A DNA stretch of 64,000 nt from Candidatus Kerfeldbacteria bacterium CG_4_10_14_0_8_um_filter_42_10 (lineage in GTDB: Bacteria > Patescibacteriota > Patescibacteriia > UM-FILTER-42-10), in NCBI GenBank assembly GCA_002784945.1, contig PFMD01000024.1, positions 17,858 through 81,857 on the forward strand, read 5' to 3'. A program made the translations under genes and the position numbers. Shown in pieces: positions 1 to 9,386 of the stretch. Under the pieces are notes generated by a model that saw nothing but the letters and a program-made list of their open reading frames with translations, searched no databases and was not told where the DNA came from. Positions within the stretch are counted from its first letter, which is position 1. Each line of letters starts with the position of its first letter.

Positions 1-68
1 GCTATATTAGAGGAAACGGATATAGCTGCTCTTCTTCTTTGAGGGGTAACACACACTACACACTATCA

Positions 69-1124
69 TCAAAACTGCTTCAAAAACCTCAAATCATTCT
101 CAAAAAGGGCGCGGATATCGGAAATGCGGTGCTTGATCATGGCCGGCCGCTCCACGCCAAAACCGAAGGCGAATCCTTTCCATTTTTTGGAATCATATTT
201 GGCCGCTTTCATCACGTTAGGATGAATCATGCCGCAGCCGCCCATTTCCAGCCAGCCCGTTCCTTTGCAGGTGGGGCAGCCGCGGCCGCCGCAAATGGTG
301 CAGGTAACGTCAAATTCGGCGCCCGGCTCGACAAAAGGGAAATAGGAAATCCGGAAGCGGACTTTTACCTCTTCCTCCAAAAGTTCCCGCATGGCGTAGT
401 GCAAAGTTCCTTTCAAATCGGCAAAAGTGATGCCATGGTCAATAGCAATGCCGTCAAACTGATGAAACATGGGCGTATGAGAAATATCATCGTCGCGGCG
501 GTAGCATTTGCCCGTAGCCATGATTCGAATCGGCGGCTTTCTTTTTTCCATAGTACGCACTTGAGAGATAGATGAGGTATGGGTTCTGAGCAGCAAATCG
601 CCGTATTTCTCCCTTTTCCCTTTTTCCCCTTTCGCTCCTTTAGTTCCTTTTAAATAAAAAGTGTCATGCATATCACGAGCCGGATGATCCGGCGGCACAT
701 TCAAGGCCTGAAAATTGTAGTAATCGTTTTCAATTTCCGGGCCTAAGACCAAATCGTAATTCATGGAACGAAAGACTTCCCAGATTCTTTCAAGCATTTG
801 AGTAATGGGGTGCAGATGGCCGGCAGGCGGAACAATGCCGGGCAAGGTAGGATCAAAAAATTCCGAACTGTCATTGGAGCCGGTTTTGAGTTTTGTTTCC
901 GCTTCTTGAAAAGCTGCCGAAACATCCTTTTTAATTTCATTGACCAGCTTGCCCATAACCGGCCGCAACTCCGCCGAAACATCCTTGATTTGGCGCATGA
1001 CTTTGGTCAGTTTACCTTTGCGGCCCAGATATTCCTTCTCCAGATTGCCTAAAAGCTTGGGATCTTGAATTAATTTAATCTCTTCCAGTACTTTGTTTTT
1101 TAATTGTTCTAATTGTTCTTTCAT
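69..1124 (-). CDS. pheS: Phenylalanine--tRNA ligase alpha subunit
   Basis: Motifs GHLHPIT, HPARDMHDTFY, LLRTHTS, HTPMFHQ, SYFPFVEP, GFAFGFGVER and ENDLRFLKQF. Confidence 0.98.
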   Translation of the reverse strand: MKEQLEQLKNKVLEEIKLIQDPKLLGNLEKEYLGRKGKLTKVMRQIKDVSAELRPVMGKLVNEIKKDVSAAFQEAETKLKTGSNDSSEFFDPTLPGIVPPAGHLHPITQMLERIWEVFRSMNYDLVLGPEIENDYYNFQALNVPPDHPARDMHDTFYLKGTKGAKGEKGKREKYGDLLLRTHTSSISQVRTMEKRKPPIRIMATGKCYRRDDDISHTPMFHQFDGIAIDHGITFADLKGTLHYAMRELLEEEVKVRFRISYFPFVEPGAEFDVTCTICGGRGCPTCKGTGWLEMGGCGMIHPNVMKAAKYDSKKWKGFAFGFGVERPAMIKHRISDIRALFENDLRFLKQF

Positions 1125-1128
1125 TTTA

Positions 1129-1518
1129 TTATTCGTTTTCTTCCCTGGCTTTTCGGGAAAGAAAGAAAAATTCCAAAAGAGTGAAGCTAAATACTAAAAG
1201 AATCGCGTTCCACCAGGTGAACAGTCGGCTGGACTGCAGGATAAAGGAGATGGTAATTAAAATAGAAAATAAGACCGCTTGCCGTAGAGAAACACCAATG
1301 TGGCGGAAAAGAACGGACTTTCTTACAAAAATCAGGCGGATAAAAAAGCCGACCAGCGACAGCGTGCCCAGTAAAGCCAGAAAAAGGATGATATAGAAAG
1401 AGGCGCGTCCGATCCAACCGGAGCTGTACGGATCAATGTTAAAAAGCACCAGAAACCAGGCTCCCCAACAAATGGCGCTTCCGAATCCCATAATTAGTAA
1501 GTATTTTCTAAGCGACAT
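1129..1518 (-). CDS. Hypothetical membrane protein with about 4 TM helices
   Basis: 129-aa hydrophobic ORF ending 4 nt upstream of pheS. Confidence 0.8.
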   Translation of the reverse strand: MSLRKYLLIMGFGSAICWGAWFLVLFNIDPYSSGWIGRASFYIILFLALLGTLSLVGFFIRLIFVRKSVLFRHIGVSLRQAVLFSILITISFILQSSRLFTWWNAILLVFSFTLLEFFFLSRKAREENE

Positions 1519-1709
1519 AGATAAAGAAAAAGCTTATCTCCTTTTAGCTGAATTGGGAGAATTTCACTTAATATAATACCAGATTTTCAGGAATAAGTGA
1601 AGTAAAAAACAGGAAACTAAAAAACAAAAAATAGCCTTATTTTTTGGCTAATTTTAGAGGTTTCTTTATGATAGGTACAAGATGAAAGCCGGAAAGCGCT
1701 TCTGCGTTT

Positions 1710-2387
1710 TTATTTCTTGTTTTGACGGCTCTTTTGTTTTAATACTAATTTCAAAAATATTTCAATTTCGGGGTGCAATTCTTTTATTAAAACATGCATA
1801 TCCTGGGTAAATGTTCTGGGAAACTTCTTCATTTCTATTTCTAATTCCGGCAAGGTGTAGAATAGAATTCCCTTAGCTTCTCGGTCAACCGGTCTGATGC
1901 TACCATCGTATATTCCGAAGTAAGCATGGATTTTATTGGCGATTTTTACCATCTTTCCGTCAATAATCTTTTCCATAATATATATTTTGCTGCGGGAGTG
2001 CCTGATTATCGAAATAGTGGTCAAATAATCCTTAAGCAGGATGAGTGTTTTTTTGAAATCTTCCGTATTTTTCAACACAATCGAAGGAGTTTGAAGCTCT
2101 TGCACCGTTTCGACCATAACGGAATAATCAGCGGAGTCGCCGTAACGGACATGACCGCCAATCGATTTGTCTAACAGACCGGCATTATGAGTTTTGTCAT
2201 AGGATCTTTTTTGGACCAGTAGTTCCTGGTGACTATTGAAAATAAAAATATCAATTATATCATTGGCGCGGGTCGGCTTGCCCGTTTTTTTATACACTTC
2301 GATCTGTTCTCGATAAAATTCCTTCCGCTCCATTGGAATAATGGTTTCTGGGTCATCGAGAAGATAAGTATTAATAATTTCACTCAT
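1710..2387 (-). CDS. NUDIX/IDI-like hydrolase with degenerate Nudix box
   Basis: ELLVQKRS..K..GLLDKSIGGHV typical of IDI-like Nudix proteins; box reads GDSADYSVMVETVQEL. Confidence 0.8.
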   Translation of the reverse strand: MSEIINTYLLDDPETIIPMERKEFYREQIEVYKKTGKPTRANDIIDIFIFNSHQELLVQKRSYDKTHNAGLLDKSIGGHVRYGDSADYSVMVETVQELQTPSIVLKNTEDFKKTLILLKDYLTTISIIRHSRSKIYIMEKIIDGKMVKIANKIHAYFGIYDGSIRPVDREAKGILFYTLPELEIEMKKFPRTFTQDMHVLIKELHPEIEIFLKLVLKQKSRQNKK

Positions 2388-2393
2388 GGCTTG

Positions 2394-3617
2394 TTAAGTT
2401 TTATTTTCCTTTTTAAAAACCGTGTTAAAGGAGATTCTTTTACTTAGCTCCAACGAGCCGATTTCAAACAGTTTGAAAGCCAGGTAAAATCCGACTGCCA
2501 CGTAAGTAATTATTACCATGATTCCCAAGATGGATTCCCATAAGGAAAGCGCGCCAATAGAACTTCTGAAAATAAGAATCAGAGGCGCGGTAAACGGCGT
2601 GAAGCTGATTACTCGGGCAATAGTGCCGGTTGGTTCGGCAATCAAAATTGAAGCGAAATAAATGGGAAGAATGGAAAGGATGATGAAAACAGAGGAGAAT
2701 TGCTGGGCTTCGCGGTACTTAGGCATGGCCGCCCCGACTCCCACCATAATACTGGACATGAACAAAAAACCGCCGATGGTATAAAAAAGGGCGAGCAATA
2801 CTTGCCCTATGTTCCAATCAACAGCTGACCAGTCAATTTTAATCGGAAAGATATTGGTGGAAACAGCAATAATGCCGGTCAGTAATACCCCAAGCACTGC
2901 CAAAGAAGTAAGCGAAACAAAAGTCAGGCCGATAAGCTTGCCCCAGATCAGCTGCCGGGGGTTGATTACCGAGAGCACCGTTTCAATCATCCGGTTTTCC
3001 TTTTCTTCAGAAACACTGGAAAGCATAAAGCCAGAGGAAAACATTACCAGCAGAAAATAAACCAGCACCGACGCGATGGGGATAATAAAGGTTTCAAAAC
3101 GCTGATCCACCACCTTTCCTTCTTTGTATAAAGTGGAGGATACTTCCAACCTGGAATTAAACAGAGCGACTTTATTCGGATCCTCAATTTCTTGCAAAAG
3201 ACTTTGTTTTAATAAATCCTGGGCTACGGTATTAAAGCGGCCGCGCGAAATCAAGCTGGTATCTTGGGCATACACCTCTATTTTTTTTGATTCCTGAAAA
3301 TCAGTTGGATAAACAAAAGCCGCATCCACCTTTCCGCTTTCCACTTGGGCTACTGCCGTTTCTTTATTTTCGGAGCGTTGGTAGATTCCTAAAAGCAGCT
3401 GGTCACTGATCAAACCCGCCTGGTCCACAATCAAAACGGCATGGACGTTTTTCACCTCTTCCGCCACTTTTTTCTCTACCGAGCTGGCCGATGTTCCCGA
3501 AATGGCCACCAGAATCAAATATACCACCGGAATAATGATAATCATGATCCAAAAAGAGGGTTTTTGGACGACTTTGAGATATTCTTTTTTGGCTACTAGT
3601 AGGATTTTACTTTTCAT
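2394..3617 (-). CDS. ABC-2 type transporter permease (YhaP/NatB-like)
   Basis: N-terminal TM, large extracellular loop, EEKENRMIETVLS..P.QL.WGK motif, C-terminal TM helices. Confidence 0.9.
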   Translation of the reverse strand: MKSKILLVAKKEYLKVVQKPSFWIMIIIIPVVYLILVAISGTSASSVEKKVAEEVKNVHAVLIVDQAGLISDQLLLGIYQRSENKETAVAQVESGKVDAAFVYPTDFQESKKIEVYAQDTSLISRGRFNTVAQDLLKQSLLQEIEDPNKVALFNSRLEVSSTLYKEGKVVDQRFETFIIPIASVLVYFLLVMFSSGFMLSSVSEEKENRMIETVLSVINPRQLIWGKLIGLTFVSLTSLAVLGVLLTGIIAVSTNIFPIKIDWSAVDWNIGQVLLALFYTIGGFLFMSSIMVGVGAAMPKYREAQQFSSVFIILSILPIYFASILIAEPTGTIARVISFTPFTAPLILIFRSSIGALSLWESILGIMVIITYVAVGFYLAFKLFEIGSLELSKRISFNTVFKKENKT

Positions 3618-3733
3618 CCCGTTAGAAGCAGATCGCGATCAACTGCGATCTGCACAAATTAATATTAAACTTCTATTTTAATCTTTTATTCTTGATTTAT
3701 CTGTCCCGCGAAGCGATCGCGGCTTCTAACGGG
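3618..3733. mobile_element. MITE-like element with CCCGTTAGAAGC...GCTTCTAACGGG terminal inverted repeats
   Basis: 12-bp perfect TIR (3618-3629 / 3722-3733) abutting the permease start codon; related TIRs elsewhere in the window. Confidence 0.65.
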
Positions 3734-3833
3734 ATTCACTTTCAACCAGTTAGTTAATTTAATTAATGAAGAGAGGGGTAGCGGCAAGCCCTCGCTGGCC
3801 GCCCGGGAATAAGACGAAAGCAAGGGCTTTCGT

Positions 3834-4727
3834 CTACCCGGAAACTTGGATGAATATTTCGTTCAAGGAAGGAAGGGTTAGTTCATACTTGATGATTTTT
3901 AGATTCTGGCTCAAAAGGTATTGCAGAATTTCTTGAGACTGGACGTTTTCTTGGGGCAACAGTTCGGCGTAATTGTTTTCAATTTCTTTAGAATGATAAA
4001 GCCGCTCATTTTTGGGCAGATCGCCGGTGAAAGCAACATGGATGCGATTTGTTCCGAACCGCTCTTTTACTTCGTCCACGCCGCCATAGAGAATTTCTTT
4101 GCCGTCTTTAATCATTAACAAGCGATCGGCCAGTTTTTCTACCTCTTCCATCTGGTGGGTAATAAACACAATGGTACTGCCCTGATTTTTCATTTCCATC
4201 AGCAGATCCATCAGCAAGGTTCGATTAACCGGATCTAGGCCCTTGGTCGGCTCGTCTAAAATCAGCAGGTTGGGATTATTAATGATGGTGATTCCCAATT
4301 GCACTTTTTGCTGCTGGCCCGAAGAAAGTTTTTTTACTTTTTCCTTAGCCTTTTCAGAAATGCCTACTTTGGTCAAATAATCCAAAGACCATTTTCGGGC
4401 TTGGGAACTGTCCATCCCTTTTAATTCCCCAAAATAGACCATAGTGTCGATTACTCTTTCCGAAGTGTATAATCCCCGCTCTTCCGGCAGGTAGCCGACT
4501 TCTTGGGACATTGCTTGATTGTATCTTTCCCCGTTAACTAAAAGAGATCCCTTAGTGGGCGCCAGAATATTTAACAGGCACCGGATGGTGGTAGTTTTGC
4601 CCGATCCATTCGCCCCCAACAAAGCAAAAACCTCTCCTTTATTTACCTCGAAAGAAAGGTTGGATACGACCTCATTTTCGCCGAATGATTTAGAGAAATT
4701 TTCTACGTCAATAACCTTTTCCGGCAT
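3834..4727 (-). CDS. ABC transporter ATP-binding protein (YhaQ/NatA-like)
   Basis: Walker A GANGSGKTT, signature LSSGQQQ, Walker B LLILDEP. Confidence 0.95.
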   Translation of the reverse strand: MPEKVIDVENFSKSFGENEVVSNLSFEVNKGEVFALLGANGSGKTTTIRCLLNILAPTKGSLLVNGERYNQAMSQEVGYLPEERGLYTSERVIDTMVYFGELKGMDSSQARKWSLDYLTKVGISEKAKEKVKKLSSGQQQKVQLGITIINNPNLLILDEPTKGLDPVNRTLLMDLLMEMKNQGSTIVFITHQMEEVEKLADRLLMIKDGKEILYGGVDEVKERFGTNRIHVAFTGDLPKNERLYHSKEIENNYAELLPQENVQSQEILQYLLSQNLKIIKYELTLPSLNEIFIQVSG

Positions 4728-4785
4728 AGGAATTTTTAAATTAATCTAGCTTGATTATTTTATCGTATCATAATTTCGGCAATTG

Positions 4786-4820
4786 AAAAAGCCCGTCAGA
4801 ACAAACCTGTCTGACGGGCT
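4786..4820 (-). terminator. Rho-independent terminator of the lipoprotein gene
   Basis: 11-bp stem AGCCCGTCAGA/TCTGACGGGCT with a T-run on the minus strand. Confidence 0.7.
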
Positions 4821-4849
4821 AGCGGGCGTAATGAGCGAAAAGTAAAGTA

Positions 4850-5407
4850 CTACTTAGGAAAGCGTTGGGCAAGATCCTGCCTGATTTGCTCTTGGAGTTT
4901 CAGGTAACTACCGTCCTGCACGATTGCGAACATGCTTTGGTAGTCAATTTCTCCAAAGGAGTAATTCAGGAAATTCTCGAAATCCTGCCGAGGATCACTG
5001 GTGGTGAGAGAATTCCCTTCCAGAGAATCCAGTGGTCCGCCCGGCCCCAGCACCATTCCGCTGGGCAGATTTTCATGCCAAGAACTGTCGGCAAAGAAAT
5101 CTTCCCTCTCTGACGAATAGAATACGTTCCAGTAGTAACCCGCCAGATACTGGAAAGTGTAGAACTGCACCATGTGCGCCCGTTCCTGATCATCCTGAGT
5201 TTTCGCCGCCATTTCCAACTGTACGGTCCGGTTGTACTCGCCGACCAAGCGGCTGAAAGTCTGGATTTTCTCCGGACGGGAGATTGAGTTGGCGTACTCT
5301 TGTCCCTGCTTGACCGCGATGTCTTGCTGATCGCCCTTCTGGCAACCAAGCAACAAAGATGCCGAAGCGACAATCAACAGAACCAACACTGTCAACACGT
5401 TCTTCAT
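4850..5407 (-). CDS. Hypothetical lipoprotein
   Basis: Signal peptide with lipobox LLGC; AGGAGG RBS upstream. Confidence 0.75.
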   Translation of the reverse strand: MKNVLTVLVLLIVASASLLLGCQKGDQQDIAVKQGQEYANSISRPEKIQTFSRLVGEYNRTVQLEMAAKTQDDQERAHMVQFYTFQYLAGYYWNVFYSSEREDFFADSSWHENLPSGMVLGPGGPLDSLEGNSLTTSDPRQDFENFLNYSFGEIDYQSMFAIVQDGSYLKLQEQIRQDLAQRFPK

Positions 5408-5463
5408 GGACGATCCTCCTTGCTATCTGAAGTTTTAAAACTGCTTTCTTTTTTCAGAGATTA

Positions 5464-5492
5464 AAGATATCACAAATTATCTTGGTTGTCAA
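5464..5492 (-). promoter_or_regulatory. sigma70-type promoter
   Basis: TTGACA-N17-TATCTT with extended -10 TG, upstream of the lipoprotein gene. Confidence 0.6.
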
Positions 5493-5571
5493 TACCTAAT
5501 TCACAAAAATCCCGAATTACAATGTTCGTTGTTTTGTTAGATAGAGCATTAAATTTGAAATACGAATCGTA

Positions 5572-5710
5572 GGGGGCTTGGGGGCGGCACTTTAGCCCAG
5601 GCAAAACGAAACATACAAAGATTGGCGAATCGGCGCTTTGCCGCCCCCAACGCTTTTTGCTACTTTTTGCCTGCCCGCCTCTGGAGGGGCGCCAAAAAGT
5701 AGATATCCCT
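5572..5710. repeat. Structured intergenic element with architecture like the 6725/22968 repeat
   Basis: Stem TTGGGGGCGGCA/TGCCGCCCCCAA followed by stem CTACTTTTTG/CAAAAAGTAG. Confidence 0.45.
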
Positions 5711-5749
5711 CTGGTTATAAAAGGAATGAATTCTGGAAAATAATTATCG

Positions 5750-6502
5750 TTATTTTTGCTTTCTAGCCGCTTCCAGGTAGCTGCAGTAATCGCAGCCCGG
5801 AGCCGCTTGGGGCGGGGCTTTTTTATTCAAACATTTGTGAATATCCACTATTGTCTTTTCTACCCAGGAATCATTGCCTTCGTAAGCGATTAAAGTAACG
5901 TCAAATTCCAGCTTGCCATCGAACGCTTCTTTGTCCGCTCGGCCATTGCAGTAGACAAAGTAACCGGTGTTAGAGACAGGATAGCCGTTCTGTCTGAGCA
6001 GCCACTGGTAAACCTCTATCTGTCTTTTGTAGCTGTCTTGCCAATCCTGATCCAGCTCTTTAATTTCTTCCTTTTTAGCGGTGGCTTTATAATCCACCAC
6101 GATATATTCTCCCTTGGAATTTTGCCAAAGATCGTCGATTGCGCCAAAAATCAGAAGATTGGTAGGTGCATGCAAATATTGGATACCGGTGAAATTATGC
6201 CGCCATTGATCCAAATCTTCATGGGGAATGGGAATGGCATCAATCCCGTATTTTTCCATTAAGGGGTGCTGGGTCCCTTGGGCGCGGTGAACATCGAATT
6301 CCTGCTTTAAAAGGGTATCCACCGCCGCGTTTAAATTAAAAGGATACGAAGGCGGCCGGCCCACTCCCCTGACCCGGTCCAAATAAAAGCAGCGCGGGCA
6401 TTCCAAAAACAGATCGATCTTGGAACGCGACACTTTGAACGGTTCCGGAGAATGCGGGCGGTACAGATTGCTTTTGCGGTTAGAGTTGTAGTATTGGGAC
6501 AT
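5750..6502 (-). CDS. PD-(D/E)XK nuclease family protein (RecB/Cas4-like)
   Basis: SRSKIDLFLECPRCFY, GAIDDLW...VVDYK, QIEVY, C-terminal CDYC. Confidence 0.9.
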   Translation of the reverse strand: MSQYYNSNRKSNLYRPHSPEPFKVSRSKIDLFLECPRCFYLDRVRGVGRPPSYPFNLNAAVDTLLKQEFDVHRAQGTQHPLMEKYGIDAIPIPHEDLDQWRHNFTGIQYLHAPTNLLIFGAIDDLWQNSKGEYIVVDYKATAKKEEIKELDQDWQDSYKRQIEVYQWLLRQNGYPVSNTGYFVYCNGRADKEAFDGKLEFDVTLIAYEGNDSWVEKTIVDIHKCLNKKAPPQAAPGCDYCSYLEAARKQK

Positions 6503-6595
6503 AAGTTACTTTTTAAGTGACTTCATTATAGCTGGTTTTAGGTAGAAATGAAAACCGCGGGAGAAATGGATGCCAATCTCTAATTACTAATATCT

Positions 6596-6625
6596 TCAGC
6601 CTAAGGCTGATCCGCCTTTGGCGGA
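6596..6625. repeat. 30-bp double-hairpin palindromic repeat, intergenic copy
   Basis: TCAGCC-TAA-GGCTGA-TCCGCC-TTT-GGCGGA. Confidence 0.75.
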
Positions 6626-6724
6626 AATTTCTAATCAATTTCTAATGATTCAAATCCCAATGTCCAAAACCCTGCTGATTGTTTGATAATGAACAAGGAT
6701 AGTAAAATAAGCAAAAACAGCATT

Positions 6725-6860
6725 GGGGTCTGGGGCGACTCTAAGCCAAAAAAAGAAACAGGAGTAGTAATTGGCGCCAAAGCGCATAGTCGCCCCAGCA
6801 GTCCCTTCGACTTCGCTCAGGACAAGTTTGGTTCTTTTGCTGCCAAAAGAACAAGAGCCC
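6725..6860 (+). repeat. Dispersed structured repeat, copy 1 (with nested REP-like insert)
   Basis: Aligns with the reverse complement of 22968-23080 except for an extra TCCCTTCGACTTCGCTCAGGACAAG at about 6802-6826. Confidence 0.8.
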
Positions 6861-6925
6861 AATAGTGGGCAAAATAAAAAACACTTTGACGGCTGGGGAT
6901 TTATTATATTTTTCTCAAATTGTTT

Positions 6926-7957
6926 TTACGGCTGTAAAATGTCTTCGGTTTGCCCGTCGACGGAAATAACTACGCTTTCCACTGTAGGAAACTGTTTCAG
7001 AGTTTCCGTAATTTGGGATCGGATGAACGTTACTAGGCAGGCCCCGCCTACTTGAAATTGCAACTGATTGTTAAAATCCGCTTTCGCCACACCATTTTCA
7101 ATGGTCAGACTTTTAATTTCTACTCCCTGAGGTAAAGTAGTTTTAAACCCCTGCTCTTTTTCCGTTTCAGTCGGCCCTTTCAAAAGTTCGACCAAGGCCG
7201 CTCGCGCCACTGCGGGAGTTTTCCAAATCTTTCGCTCTACTGGAAAAACTTTACTGCAATCAACTGCCGGATTCTGTTGATTATTATCAAAATAGACCTG
7301 AATTTTAGTGGTCTCGGTTAAATCAAATTTAACGGGGATGATTAGCTGATCATTATTAGCTGTAAGACCAGAAGGATTGTTTTTTTCTAAAGTCAGCGTT
7401 CCTTGATCGGAGACCGGCACCGCAAATTCCAGCTGGGCGGTAAAAGGGACAAATTCTTCAGTCATCCAACCCTGTGGTGAGCCTGCCGAACCATTGGACT
7501 GTGCCTGGGCAATGGCAGTGCCTAATTCTTTGCCGTTTGCATCCGTAATTGTTATTGGAAAATCTCCTTCAAAAAACCAACTTCCTCTGGCTCTTCCGGA
7601 AATTTCTAAAGGACTGGCAACGGACGCATTAGGCCTGGGATTATCCACTTGGATTAGGTCGGTCTTTTCCAGCTCATTCCCGATATTCTTGGTGAAAGTG
7701 CGGCCGTCGGCTGTTCGGCATTGTTCCGGATAAATTTCCATTACTATATTCCCCGCGGCGACACAATCATCAAAATTGTCAATTACCGGCCCGCAACCGG
7801 TGGCAGGCATAGCCGCGGTGGGATTGCCGTGTTTGACCCACTGATTATTTTCGCAAAGCCAGTTATCTTCATCACCGCCAATGACAAATCTTAAAACGAA
7901 TACTGCCGCTAAGACAAAGACAATTACTAAAATAATGTTGCGAAGTTGTTTGGACAT
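6926..7957 (-). CDS. Membrane-anchored Gmad2 Ig-like and GerMN domain protein
   Basis: N-terminal TM; SPLEISGRARGSWFFEGDFP (Gmad2-like); ALVELLKGPT...QITETLKQFPTVESVVISVDG (GerMN). Confidence 0.85.
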   Translation of the reverse strand: MSKQLRNIILVIVFVLAAVFVLRFVIGGDEDNWLCENNQWVKHGNPTAAMPATGCGPVIDNFDDCVAAGNIVMEIYPEQCRTADGRTFTKNIGNELEKTDLIQVDNPRPNASVASPLEISGRARGSWFFEGDFPITITDANGKELGTAIAQAQSNGSAGSPQGWMTEEFVPFTAQLEFAVPVSDQGTLTLEKNNPSGLTANNDQLIIPVKFDLTETTKIQVYFDNNQQNPAVDCSKVFPVERKIWKTPAVARAALVELLKGPTETEKEQGFKTTLPQGVEIKSLTIENGVAKADFNNQLQFQVGGACLVTFIRSQITETLKQFPTVESVVISVDGQTEDILQP

Positions 7958-7968
7958 AATGATTTTTG

Positions 7969-8385
7969 TTAATGATTAAAATATTTTATCAAGTATTGAT
8001 GGATGCTCGCGGGTAGAAGGCGCGATTTCGGAATCGCGCTTACGGCTAACCAAGTAATGGAGATGTGGCTTTCCTGGCATTTTATTTTCTCAGGATTCAC
8101 GGTTTTTAAAGTGACTTCGTATAACAAATTTATTTCGTGGTGATTTTCTCCGCGCCACTTAAAAAAATTTTCGAATGTTTCCATGAACCGAGAGGTTTTC
8201 ACTACTGCTCCAACTTCCTCCTTAATTTCTCTTTTTAGACATTCTTCCAATGTCTCGCCGTATTCCAAATGCCCCCCGGGCAAATAATGAATTGGCGGCT
8301 GATCGTTGGAAACGCATAATAAAATTTTATCGCTGTTTACGATAATCGCTCTTAAGATTATTTCGATATTTTTAACGGGTTTCAT
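7969..8385 (-). CDS. NUDIX hydrolase
   Basis: Intact Nudix box GGHLEYGETLEECLKREIKEEVG. Confidence 0.92.
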   Translation of the reverse strand: MKPVKNIEIILRAIIVNSDKILLCVSNDQPPIHYLPGGHLEYGETLEECLKREIKEEVGAVVKTSRFMETFENFFKWRGENHHEINLLYEVTLKTVNPEKIKCQESHISITWLAVSAIPKSRLLPASIHQYLIKYFNH

Positions 8386-8433
8386 TATTTACTTTTATTA
8401 CCGGCAACTAGTTGAATAACAATGTCAAAATTC

Positions 8434-8970
8434 TTATTTTTTCAACTCCTCTGAAAAATTTTTTTGAACCTTTTTAACCTTCGGCGCGATCACCACTTGG
8501 CAATAAGCTTGATTAGGATTTCTTTCAAAATAGCGATGATGATATTCCTCCGCTTCATAAAATTTTTCCAGTTTCTTAACTTCCGTCACGATCGGACTGG
8601 TATATTCCTTTTGGATCCGCCCGACATAATCTTTAATTGGACGCGCCTGATCCTCGTCAGAATAAAGGATAATCGAACGGTACTGGGTACCGACATCTCT
8701 GCCCTGCTTGTTCAAGCTGGTCGGATTGTGCATCTTAAAAAATATTTTCAGAATTTTTTCTAAAGATACAATACTAGGATCGTAGTCGAGCTTAACCACT
8801 TCCGCATGGCCGGTATTTCCTTGGCAAACTTCCTCGTAAGTAGGATTTTCTTTTTCCCCTCCGGCATAACCAGGCAGAACGGTTTTAATTCCATTCATCA
8901 TTAAAAAAACCGCTTCGGTACACCAAAAGCAGCCTCCGCCCAGAATGATTGTTTTAAGATTATTTTTCAT
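8434..8970 (-). CDS. msrA: Peptide-methionine (S)-S-oxide reductase
   Basis: [20 protein letters not shown] and AEEYH motifs; start moved to MKNNLK at 8970. Confidence 0.96.
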   Translation of the reverse strand: MKNNLKTIILGGGCFWCTEAVFLMMNGIKTVLPGYAGGEKENPTYEEVCQGNTGHAEVVKLDYDPSIVSLEKILKIFFKMHNPTSLNKQGRDVGTQYRSIILYSDEDQARPIKDYVGRIQKEYTSPIVTEVKKLEKFYEAEEYHHRYFERNPNQAYCQVVIAPKVKKVQKNFSEELKK

Positions 8971-9325
8971 CTTCAACAAACTCCATGGAAATGGAATTAA
9001 CACAGTGACGGGTATTTTTTTCGGTCATTTTCTCCCCTTCAAACACATGCCCTAAATGAGCGCCGCAGTTAACGCATTGGATTTCAATCCGCCGGCCATC
9101 GGGATCAGGCTGTCTTTTAACCGCGCCGGGAATTTCGGCATCAAAGCTGGGCCAGCCGCAACGGGCGTCGAATTTATCATCGGAGCGGTAAAGTTCGGCC
9201 CCGCAGCGCTTGCAGACATAGGTCCCTTTTTCAAAATGCTGATCATATTTTCCGCTGTAAGGCGCTTCGGTTCCTTTATGCACAATCACCGCTTCTTCTT
9301 CAGGAGTCAGTTTTTTTTCAGGCAT
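8960..9325 (-). CDS. msrB: Peptide-methionine (R)-S-oxide reductase
   Basis: GTEAPYSG, CxxC, GWPSF, HLGHVF and RHCVNS motifs. Confidence 0.97.
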   Translation of the reverse strand: MPEKKLTPEEEAVIVHKGTEAPYSGKYDQHFEKGTYVCKRCGAELYRSDDKFDARCGWPSFDAEIPGAVKRQPDPDGRRIEIQCVNCGAHLGHVFEGEKMTEKNTRHCVNSISMEFVEDEK

Positions 9326-9386
9326 TTTTTAGGATTAAGTTTAATGAATTCTGCTGAGATTGTTGTAATGCAGTTTCTGTAACTTA

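Noticed and set aside
5750-6502. Cas4-like nuclease as evidence of a CRISPR-Cas locus
   Set aside because: No repeat-spacer array or other cas genes; stand-alone PD-(D/E)XK nucleases are common.
6650-7055. Short ORFs at 6650-6862, 6683-6865 and 6771-7055, and likewise 22816-23034
   Set aside because: They are translations of the dispersed structured repeat, not plausible proteins.
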